NCBI RefSeq assembly: GCF_026571515.1
Contig: NW_026859721.1
Location: 248,001-312,000, forward strand
DNA from: Ruditapes philippinarum
Lineage: Eukaryota
Reading direction: 5' to 3'
DNA length: 64,000 bases
Positions 11,831 through 22,816 of this stretch are shown here, piece after piece (position 1 is the stretch's first letter; each line of letters starts with the position of its first letter). The notes beneath the pieces were generated by a model. It saw only the letters and a list, made by a program, of their open reading frames with translations. It ran no database searches and was not told the DNA's origin. The position numbers and the translations under genes were made by a program.

Positions 11831-11950
11831 TAGCTGTCACTATAAAGAAAAACTGATAATACAGCAAGAGCCAAAAAAGGAAAGTTAAAAAGAATATTTG
11901 AAACCATTGTCAAACAGAAAGAGGAAATGTTTTTAAATGGAAAAAGATTC
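11831..11950. promoter_or_regulatory. Conserved non-coding block upstream of GIMAP copy 2, paralogous to 23311-23433
   Basis: The 23-mer GTCAAACAGAAAGAGGAAATGTT is identical at 11909 and 23392, with flanking similarity. It contains GAAAGAGGAA, an IRF-Ets-composite-like motif. Confidence 0.45.
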
Positions 11951-13883
11951 TGAAATTATTTTGAAAAGAGAATCTGGAGAAAGTGTGATCCTTCGGAAGC
12001 ATTTATTACAACAAAATTACATGAAAATTGCAAACTCGGTTTGGTTGATTCTGTACCTGAGGGATACTCCACTCACTGGTTTGAGTGGTACTCCATTTTC
12101 AACAGATAAATTTTAAAGTGTTTAAGTTTATCATGTAATTTTCCTTTTGTTTCTCTGTCGAGGAATTTTTTAAAATTTTGTACAACGATTTATTACTACG
12201 CAATTCAATGAACTATCCTTGAAGTAAAAAGTGTTAACATAAACATGATATTAAGGAATTATGATATTAAGGTATTGGTATAACTGCTATAGAACGACAT
12301 CGTTATCTTATACTTATGAATTCTGTAAAATGTTCAGATTTTGTTTTGACCGTAAAATCGACCCCGATGAATTCTCAGTCGTTTTCCCTGCTGTTTGTCG
12401 GAAATGTCCAAAGATATAATTACTTTTCTGTAATTACTTCACTGGTATTATGTCGATTAAAGTGTTTTTTAAAGCGCATTCAATATTATGTACTGTAATT
12501 ATTGAACAAAATTTTTTTTTTATCATTACCTTTGTTCATTGATTTGTTTTCATGATATATATTGTTACTCTACACGTTTGTTACGATATGATATTGCGCT
12601 TAGATAAAGTAGTGTATATCATGCAAAAATTAGGATATTTACAGGACAATGTATTATTGTAAATCTTAAGATTTTGTGTAGGCATATCCTGGACTAATTG
12701 AAGGAATTTCCAAATTATAATAAGCATATGTCCATTATAAACATTAGTCAAATCATATTTTGAAATAAGTACTTTTCATATAATTATAACAAAGGTTTTA
12801 GATTTGCAGATATTTTTTTTTTGCATTATTTTACATAACTATATTATATAAAACGAACAGTATGGGCTTACAAGACTAAGAAAATATTTAAGAAAATGTA
12901 TAATTGCAATATTAAGTTGCAATCCAGATTTTTTTACCGGACAAAGACAACCGATGTCATCATAACATTTATGTCGTCTATAGGATGATTTAAAAGTCTG
13001 AGCACGTAAAAAAAACGTAAGAGATGAGAGTTTAGTCAAATGTTTAGAGAAAAGAAAATTATTTTATTTCGTTTTAAAATTATAATTATATAATGATATT
13101 TGGATCAAACCGGAGACCTGTCGACCTTGACATAAGGCTGTTTCTAAGAGAAGATGCACAGGAGACTTGAGTTGGTGATACCGTAAGGTTTCCTTTGCAA
13201 AGTGCCACTGTCTTTACTCCTCGTACTGTAGCTCGTATTGTCAACATGTCACTATGTTCTTAATATTTTTGGGTACTTTCCTAACTTATTGTATTACTGA
13301 AGAACCTATAAGAGTGTTAATTCTCATTTCTTTGATAGGCCTACCTAACAAGCATTAACCTTGTTATCACCGATTAAAAAAGATATCAAGAAAACAGGAA
13401 AAAGAGTCGCTAAAGAACGCCAAAAAGAGTAAAATTGAAAATGTTGCATGCTCGATTTAATGAAGTCTACGGACGGTTGTGGTAAATGTAAGATACCGTA
13501 CACACCCCCTTGCACCGGCATAAGCAGTATTCAACATTTTATAAATAGTAACTTCAGTTGAGATTTTTATTTAACTACATTGTACACATAAACTGCAGCA
13601 TAAATAATTTATTGTCGATAAATTCTAAATTATACGATACATATACAAACTAAGTATAAGTGCAGACTAAACAACATTTTGAACACTTACATGTACTGTT
13701 TTGTAGGTTACTAGTTCATTCCATTATAAAGGAAATCAATGGATGGTAAATGGTTCAAAAGTCTTTATAAACAAATAAACAATTCAATAGTAATGTAAGT
13801 GGATTGTTTTCCACCTTTCATTTTCCGCACAATTTACTTACAAATGAGTATAAAAGTAAAAGCAAACAAGCATTCAAGCACTT

Positions 13884-16090
13884 TTAAATAATAGTGCAAG
13901 AAGACACCCTTGACGTTAAAGCCTTTATTTCTACATCAGTTTTTTTCAGTATTTACTTTTGTTACCAAAACATCGTGCGACTTAAAACCATCTGAAACTT
14001 TGCAATCCTCAGCACTGAGATGTGTTTTGTTAGAGGTACCATTGTTGAATCTTCGTCTTGTTGTATTCTCTACACCTCCATCGGAAACAGCATCTTTTTC
14101 AAACCTGTAAAGGTCCAGTGACCAAGTATCTATTGATTTCAGATTGATTGCATCTTCAGAACAAGACACATAAATAGTCTCACTTTCGTCAGAAGTATCA
14201 GCAAACTCTTTACTTGTTAAAAGTTTGTCATTTATTGAAACTTCATATGCTTCGTTTGTATGACCGTCAATGATTAATAAATTACCCTTACTGCATTCGA
14301 GCTGGTTAACCATTTCGCATTCAATATCGCCATTATCATTAAAACTTTGGTAATTTTCAAGTTCATATTCACTGATACGTTTGAGTGTTTCTTGTTGAAT
14401 TCTCGTAAGACTCTTTCTCGATATTTCTTCTATAATAAGAAGGCGAATACTATTGGAAAGTAATTCCTTGTCCTCTGCAAGCGATTTGGACAGTTTATAT
14501 GTAACATTTGAATAGCTTGAATTTCCATTTTTAGTTACTATGTATTCCATCATTGTAATTATGTCCTTAACTCGTCCTAAACTATTTCCAGCTTTTCCAT
14601 CTGTTCTGAAGAGGGACAACTCTTCCTCCACAATCTCGAACTAGTTCTGTTACGCTTTGTCGTGATTTATCTCGAAAAAATGCTAGTTTTTCTTCTCCAG
14701 TGCTAGTATCCGTCAGAATAACAAACGAATGTTTCTTAACATCTTCACCAAACCAATGAAAGATAATACCTTTCATCCCCTGAATCTCTTCAGTGACCTT
14801 ATCTCTCCTTAATACAAACGCAAGTACATGAAACCCAGGTGTAGTAAAAACTATAGATCTGATCAGTTTCATGTAAATTTTCTGTACATCATTTTTTGTA
14901 TCAAAAATACCTGGTGTATCTACTATTTCAAAATTTCTGTCGAAGCGGCCAATTACCTATGAGTGAAAAAAATGCAATATTGAATTCGAGTGATTTTCGA
15001 TGTATTTGTTTTAACTGTTAAATAAAAGCTATGTTTGTTTATTTAAATAGGTGTACTCATGCTATATGTATGTCAATCAAATTGCTTTACTACAAGACAT
15101 TAAATAAAATGATATGAATAAATGTTTTAAGAAATAAGAGATAAAATATTATTTTAGACTTTAATAAATTACACATACAATAGATGCAAAATTTATTACA
15201 ACAAAGAATGATAAGAAAATAGAAATAAAAATAAAGAATCCCCCCCCCCCCCCTCCACTAAAAAGTCCAAAATGTCAAAAGTGAAAAAGTTCATGGTCCA
15301 AATCAACCGAAGGTAATCAAAAGTAAGCAACCACTCCCACAGATCTTCTACAGAAATGCATAGTGTAAAATTACTTTGTACAGCTGACCGATTAAGGTCG
15401 TACGTCTCGAAGCAGTATACACTTCTGCGACGTCTTCTCCAATCAAAGCATTGCACGTAGAACTCTTCCCATGACCACTTCCTCCAACAAGTAATATTCT
15501 CAAGACTGTGGTAATTAATAAAGATTTTATCATATTTCATCATATGTACTTCACTGTGATATTAAAGTTTATGTTAAGCTATGTAAGTACACTTTCATGT
15601 AAATAACGCTTTGTCCACAATCACGTGAAGTAATCTTACAGTACCTACAAACTTGGCTCTAAACTAAAGCATACATATTGTAAATGAAGGCGTCACAGTT
15701 CCATTGTAGATGTATGGAATAATCAGACAGGCACCGGGAAACTTTTATGTATATCTCGGCTGGACTGATTATGTGACCTTTAAATGAATAACGACAAATA
15801 ATATTTAAGAAGCATTTATATTGCTGAAAATGAGAGATTGTGATAATTAAATGAAAGTGATTAATAAAGAAGAACAACGTCAAATTTACATGGTTATGCA
15901 CCCTAACAAATTCTGAGCGACTATTTATTTGTTCAGATTCAATTGCAAAATTCATTATAGTAAAACTGTACTTAAGTAAGGTTTTATTATTTAAAATGAA
16001 ACTAATGACGTTTTGTATAATAACACATAAAAACACGTTTTTAGAATGCATACCTCTCCGTTTTCATTCTTGTGCTAATTTTGATGCCAT
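13884..16090 (-). pseudogene. GIMAP/AIG1-family pseudogene (copy 3)
   Basis: Exon 16090-16054 reads MASKLAQE*KRR, with TGA where copy 4 has TGG. Exon 15505-15375 encodes LRILLVGGSGHGKSSTCN. Exon 14956-13884 has an apparent 2-nt deletion at about 14585 (stop after NRWKSWK) and an extra base in the T7 run at 13940-13946 that shifts the terminal ...SSCTII* out of frame. Confidence 0.85.
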
Positions 16091-16642
16091 CGAAATAGAA
16101 ATATCCCCATTAAACAATAAAAATGTCAGCAAATCAGAACAGTAAACAGCCTTCAAAATAAGGTTAACAAGCTATATCTTGATTACAAATTTGATTACGA
16201 CGAAACGACGATGATTATAAGATAATCGTATATATGTATAATTAGCATGTATATCTTTATAAAAATCTTTATAATAATCTCCTTTATCTTGAAGATACCA
16301 TGCACTCTAACTATATGTTAAATTATACATCATACATCTTATTGAGACACGTATGTACATTGATAAAATTTTAGAAGTTGATCACGTTCACTTTATATAC
16401 TAGCTATCTTTTGACTAATACCAATGACCAGATAGGTTTTCTACAATAAACTTATTTATTCAAGCTCAGCTAAATGTTTGTTTAAATCACGACAATCAAT
16501 TGCATTTTAAACATGTCTATTTGAGCTCGACAGTGATATGAAGATCGACAGAGCAGGGTATAGCGTAAGAAATGGTAGTTCAAAACATAGTCGACATTTT
16601 TGAGAAACCATATTATCATATAAAAACTGAAAACAAGAATAT

Positions 16643-19600
16643 TCAAATGATAGCGCAATATGAGAAGTCAAACACTGTTTCCCTGGTTAAGGCAATTAAT
16701 CTCTTCATTTCTACAGCAGATTGGCCTTTTGTTTCAGAATCATTAATATCATCTGTAGAGTCGAGACAATCCGTTTTTTCTTTTGTTTCAAAATGGTTTT
16801 TGTTATCTTCATATCCAAAGTAATCCGTTTTTGCATTTATTCCAAAATCATTCATATAGTCTTTAGAGTCTGAACAATGCCTATTTTGTCTTGCTCCAAA
16901 ACAGTTTGTATATTCTGAATCGTAATTATTCATTATTTTTTTAGTTTCAAAAGCATTAAAATCATCTTCGGTGTCGGAATTATCCGTATCAACAGATGTT
17001 TCAAAATAGTTTGTATAAATTTCATATTCGGAATTATCCGTGCTTTCTTCTGTTTCAAAACCATTATCATCTATAGAGTCGGGAAAATCCGTTGTTTTTG
17101 TTGTTTCAAGATGTTTTGTGTTAACTCCAGATTCCGAATTATACGTTTTTGCATCTATTTCAAAAGCATACATATTATCTTCAGAGTCTGAACAATACAT
17201 AATTCCTCTGGTTTCAGAACGGTTTGTATATTCTGAATCGAAATTATACATACTTTCGTTCGTTCCAAAAGCATTAAAATCATTTTCGGTGTCGGAACAA
17301 TCCGTAATTACAGATGTTTCAGAATAGGTTGTAGTAATTTCATATTCGGAATTATCCATGCTTTCTTTGGTTCCAAAGTCATTAATATCATCTTCAGGGT
17401 CGGAACAATCCGTAGAACTGATATCATTGACAGGCGACTGATTTTCAGAAGTTCCACCGGAGTCTACATTTTGTGACGTGTCTGTAGTATATTCGTAAGG
17501 TTTATTTGTGTGCACATCAATGATTTTTAATTTTCCTCCTTTACTACCTGCATACGATTTAGCCATGTAATTTTCAGACTCTTCAATGAAGTCAGATCCA
17601 GAGCTAGTTTCAGGATACATTTCAATAATATATTTGAGTCTTCCATGTTTAATTTCTGTTCCATCCAATTCGCAAACATTCTCTTTCTCTAAAACAAGAG
17701 ACCTTGGTGATTCTTCGTCACTTTCTGCATATGATTCATCAAGTATGGAGGTATTACTTGAAAAGATTGTGCCGTTATTTTCGGCAACTATGTCTTCCAC
17801 CATTTCAAGTATACAAATAACTTGTTCACGCATCAGACAATAATTTTTCCATTTGTTCTGAAGTGGAACAACTCTTCCACAGCAATCATAAAATAATTCT
17901 GTTAATTTTTGGTGTGGTCTTTCTCGTATAAATGCTTCTATTTCTTCATCTGTGTTACTATCTGTGAGAATTATAAACATATATTTTTTAACATCTTCAC
18001 CAAAACATCTCAAGATAATGTCTTTTGTCTCTTGAACCTCTGCAGTGAATTTATCTCTTTTTAAAACAAACGCAATGGCATGGAATCCAGGTGTGGCTAG
18101 ATGGAGAGATTTAGTCAGTTCTTTGTGAATTGTTTCATTGTCATGCGCTGTGTAACAAATACCAGGCGTATCTACCACTTCATAATTTCTTTTGAAGCGA
18201 TTGGTTACCTACAATAATTATGAAAAATTTCATAAAAATGTTATTATAAAATTTGATATATTTCATTAGAGTAAAATATATTGACATAATCCAAAACCCA
18301 GAAGGTAAACTGCAAAAATATAATTTATATAAACTGTAAATGATATTCGGATATGATAACAGAAACAGTTAAATTTAACATTTTAATGAGGGTCTCCGAC
18401 CTCGTTTTAAAGGTATCGCCACTGAATTTTAAAATATTACAAATTTCAAGGGCAGATAATTTACCAACAAGGCTAGCAACGATTTTTATCTGCCTTTCGT
18501 GTAGCTGACTTTAATTCGAGTAGTTGTGAAAAATTTCAAGACTATGTTATGAGATTTTTTCTCTCTTTACATTCAGATTTGACAATTTTCTGGGATGATA
18601 TAGCTTATTTATTTCTCAAAACAATATTCAATATTAACCCTATGTCCCTAAACAACGCAAGGAACACCATTGATTTATGGATAATCTTTTTTTCTTAAAG
18701 AATTACTGTTATATCAAATAATACATGCAGTTTAAATTTATTCTATTATGTGATTTTGAATCTGCTATAAGCCTCTAATAGGTCTATAAAACACTTAATT
18801 TCATGAAAGATCAGCTGTTTAAAATTTAGAAGATGTATATTTTGAATAGACCTCTGACAAGATTCAGATTTTAGATAATAGTTTATTATCTTTGCCTAAC
18901 ACCGCTGTAGGTTCGAGTCGCACGAGCGTCGTCAGATTCTACATGAGATCAGGTATACAGCTAGCTTACGGACTGTCGGTGGTTCTAATCAGGTGTTCGT
19001 TGGTGCCCGAAATAATTTACAAAAGTCACCTGATGACTTATCCCACCAGTAAAGCTGGAAAGTCGCCATATGTCTTACACTGTGTTAGTGCAACGTTAAA
19101 CCAAGTAAAAAAGATAGTGTTATGACCATATCTTATTTGTGAAAATAAGAAAGTATTCAATCTCTTAAAAGCGTGTATATAAAATATGAAATATTTTTAC
19201 ATAGGTCATACGATAAAAAGTATGTGTCTCTGCAAATAAAAAAGATATGCTGATATAATATAAATGGTAAATGGTTTGAGGAAAATAGATACTAGTATTT
19301 ACCTTAACCCCCCCCCCCCCCACACACACACACTTTCCCCATTTTTTAGAACCACAAATATAATAAACGTTTCGGCGTACTATTTTTATATAATTATTAT
19401 GTATAATGTAAAGAATGATAAGTTCCTGCGTTTCTTAATTTGCATAAGATACGTTAAAGTTCTTGCATTACTTTATTAGCATAAGATACATTAAAGTTCT
19501 TGCATTACTTTATTAGCATAAGATACGTTAATGTTCTGCATTACTTTATTAGCATAAGATCAGTTAAAGTTCTTGCATTACTTTATTAGAATAAGATACG

Positions 19601-21869
19601 TTAAAGTTCTTGCATTACTTTATTAGCATAAGATACGTTAATGTTCTTGCATTACTTTAACAGCATAAGGTAAGTTTAAGTTCTTTTATTACTTTATTAG
19701 CATAAGATAAGTTAAAGTTCTTGCATTACTTTGTACAGCTGACTTGTCGTCGTCGTAGATGTAGAAGCAGAAGATACTTCTGAAAGGTCTTCACCAGTCA
19801 ATGTGTTACATGTAGAACTTATCCCATGACCAGTCCGTCCAACCAGCATTATTCTCAAAACTGTTGTAATTCATATAATGTAAAAATAGAAGTACTTGTA
19901 CTAGCTATATATATTATCTATTTCACATAACAATCTGCTTTACGACAAGCTATATATAGGTGCTCGTTAATGCAGATGTTAATAATGGATGATCTGAAAT
20001 CATATAACCTAGTAGTTAAGTAATAGAAAGGCCATCGAAACACGAGGCTATCTGATTTGTAATGGGGGGACCATGCGTCAATCAGTGGGTATGCCCTGGA
20101 GTGCGTGTAACTAATACCTGCACTCCAGGTAACGCCCTGTGCATGTGTATGTATACGATAATATTTTCAACAGAAATGTCCCCAAACTATGATACAATCA
20201 GATAAAGTGTTTACAAACATACCTATAATAAAAAGCATACATATTGAAATGCACCACGCAGGTCAAACAACATATGCATTTAAAGATGTCATTCGAACTT
20301 TAACAACACCGTTATTCAACCAAACATTTCCTCATCTGAATTGACTGACCAATCTGTGAAATCAGATAAAAATCTACTAAATTTCAAAAGATGTACGTTT
20401 TTGCAGGCCATATATTGTATTGTAAGATATAAAAGTACTAATGAACATTTGTTGTTGTTTGTTAAATTTGCTATATTTGGTTTACTGACCATTTGACAAA
20501 ATATTAGTTACACAATAAACTTTACCGTGTCTTCATGTATTGTGTACATATCAATGATTTCAAATCCTTAAGAAAAGTCTAAATTTAAAATCATTTGGTT
20601 AACGTCTTTTTTCTAATGAAGCCTTTGGTCGTTCACCTAAGCTGTAAGAGATCTGTAATTCGTGTTCCGGTCCAAGCAATTGGGGGAAAATGAGTGTATT
20701 TTTAGTGATGTGAACATATTGTTCAATAAATTAAAAAACACAAAGATATGCCAACAAAGAAATGTGGTATCAACAAAATGTACATAAATGCAAACTTACA
20801 CATGTATTAATTTCAAATATCTGCAAGGTAAAAGTGTTATATACTTTTTTATAACTTGGTTATATCTTTGAATATGTTTTAGATTTCTTATTAGATACTT
20901 TTCATATGGCTGACGGTTTTAGTTGTTTTTGGACAGGTGCATCATTATTGACTCTTTGAAAAGGTGATGAATTTATTTAGATGAAAAATGTTAGTATATC
21001 CAAAATTAAAACAGGCATCTAAATAGCTTGGATATGCAAGTTCTTCTAAATATGCCATGGTGACTTAAATCGGGACAAAAATAAAGGGAGGGGTGATGCT
21101 CTAAAATTATGGACAATATGTTAAGCTGATTAATAGAACTGCCCTAACTCAAGTCTATGACTTAAATGGGTGAATACATAACAGTGTCTTTATTGAACTT
21201 ATAGTGCGAGCAGTAAATGAACAATGACAATTTGTATCAAATAGCCTTCAATATCCAAGATATTAAGGAATGATGTTAATTGATGAAATTGTTTAATAAA
21301 CAAAAAGAACCATATACTTTATCTAATGACACTCTCATTAATTTGTGACATTATTTTCATTCAAAGGTATATAATACCAAATGTAGTAAGAGAATATGTG
21401 AAAGTCAAAATAAGCTTTCATTATTCTTTTCAATTTAGTAATTTACTTCGCATAAACAATTGATAACTTAAATGGCCCACGAACATTTCTATAAATGTCC
21501 ATCAGAATTTCCCCGTAACGTTCAGTTTATACAAAGAGTTGGGCAGTCTTTTTTATATTTTAGACAGATTTATATTTTATCATAAACATTTTCCATTATC
21601 AGCTGTTGATCAATCACAATTTTAACAGTCAAATTCTGAAGTACATAGTCAATTTACCTTAACCTGGCCATGAAAATATAAGCATAATGTCACTTTAATT
21701 TAAGCTAATATTTATTTCTACCGACACAAGAGCAATGTACATATTTTATAAAACTTCGGTTATGACAATTATTTAAAATTTGTTTTAGTTGAATTTGAAA
21801 GTTTTTTCTATATCTGTAAAAATCTTAAATACCTGAATGGTTCCACTCTTCTGCTAATTTTGACGCCAT
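16643..21869 (-). CDS. GIMAP/AIG1-family protein copy 4, about 577 aa, with Walker-A Lys->Ile, an acidic repeat tail and CaaX (CAII)
   Basis: Exons 21869-21833 (MASKLAEEWNHS), 19860-19730 ([18 protein letters not shown]) and 18208-16643 (VVDTPG, PGFHAIAFV, CCGRVVPLQN). The frame is open throughout. Confidence 0.85.
16730..17415 (-). repeat. Coding tandem repeat: about 6-7 acidic units of ~35 aa, arranged as a duplicated 3-unit block
   Basis: Units include TDCSDPEDDINDFGTKES, TDCSDTENDFNAFGTNES, MYCSDSEDNMYAFEIDAK, TDFPDSIDDNGFETEES, TDNSDTEDDFNAFETKK, RHCSDSKDYMNDFGINAK and TDCLDSTDDINDSETK. Confidence 0.85.
18895..19110 (+). mobile_element. tRNA-derived SINE family; related copies at about 22430-22630 (+), 33950-34165 (+), 48379-48561 (-) and 50290-50520 (-)
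   Basis: A B-box-like GGTTCGAGTC precedes a shared body GCTTACGGA..GTCGGTGGTTCTA..CAGGTG...CCACCAGTAAAGCTGGAAAGTCGCCATAT and an AAAC-rich tail. Confidence 0.7.
19442..19732. repeat. 37-bp minisatellite, about 8 copies, abutting and including the 5' splice site of GIMAP copy 4 intron 2
   Basis: The unit GCATAAGATACGTTAAAGTTCTTGCATTACTTTATTA is repeated head-to-tail with no spacers. Confidence 0.9.
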
Positions 21870-22429
21870 TCGAATTTGTATGTCCACACAAAACACTTAG
21901 GGAAATTGACATTCAGATGTGTTTAATGGTCTTAAAAATTTGGGCTTAAATACCATATATGTGCTATGATAATTGATAGCGATAACATTATCTTGTATCC
22001 ATCTTTGCGCACCAGTTTCATTATCTCGAAGATTAGTTTGAATTAGGGTGTACATGGTGCGTAACATCTTCAACTTGTGTTTTCTTTTGTCTTTCTTTTA
22101 TGTTGGATAGGCCCGGCAGAAACGATTTGACACCGTGATGCCATGATAAGAATATCGGCTGAGTACGAGGTCTTTTTGTTTAGGAAAGACCTGGTCTAGC
22201 AGAATCGATTTGATACCGTAATGCCATGTATAGGCTTTCTGTTAAGGAAACGCCTGGTCACGAATTTCATGTGAAACCGAGAGCGCGTAGCAGACCTGTG
22301 CACGTGCTAATGATAGACCTCATAACGGATATCTTTTTGTTTAAACGAGTCTATCCGAAGAATATAGACCTGTCACACACAACAGAGGAGGAATGAAATT
22401 ACGGAAATAGTATTGTTTAAATTCATAAG

Positions 22430-22630
22430 AGCGATACCGTGGCCTAGTAATTAAGGTTGTCTACTTCAAACCACTTGACCCTCACCGCTGCGGGTTTCAA
22501 TCAAGACAGGGATTTCTGAAGCTATCCAGTAAGCTTACGGAACGTCGGTTGTTCTAATTAGGTGAATTAAAGCTGGAAAGTCGCCATATCATCTATACTG
22601 TGTTGGTGCGACTAAACACCCAACCGAACA
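22430..22630 (+). mobile_element. tRNA-derived SINE, internally deleted copy
   Basis: The head CCGTGGCCTAGTAATTAAGG is A-box-like, and the body is shared with 18895-19110. Confidence 0.65.
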
Positions 22631-22816
22631 CATCAGACTGGCAATTGTATAGTGATCTAAAACGGAAAACAAATATTATATCAGCATCAACATGTTTATC
22701 ATTTAATGAAAGCTACTATTCAAATCTTTATAAATCAAAGTCTAAAACTGACTGTGTTAAACATTTCAACTTTCATCCTACGTGTTGAAAAAGAAAGTAT
22801 ATTGGTTGCTTCCTGG

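Noticed and set aside
16064-16066. In-frame TGA as selenocysteine or readthrough in GIMAP copy 3
   Set aside because: It aligns to Trp (TGG) in copy 4, and the gene has two further frameshifts.
19442-19732. 37-bp repeats as a CRISPR array
   Set aside because: The units are head-to-tail with no unique spacers, there are no cas genes, and they lie in a eukaryotic intron.
22430-22510. tRNA gene
   Set aside because: The tRNA-like head runs directly into a SINE body found in several copies, and no full cloverleaf is evident.
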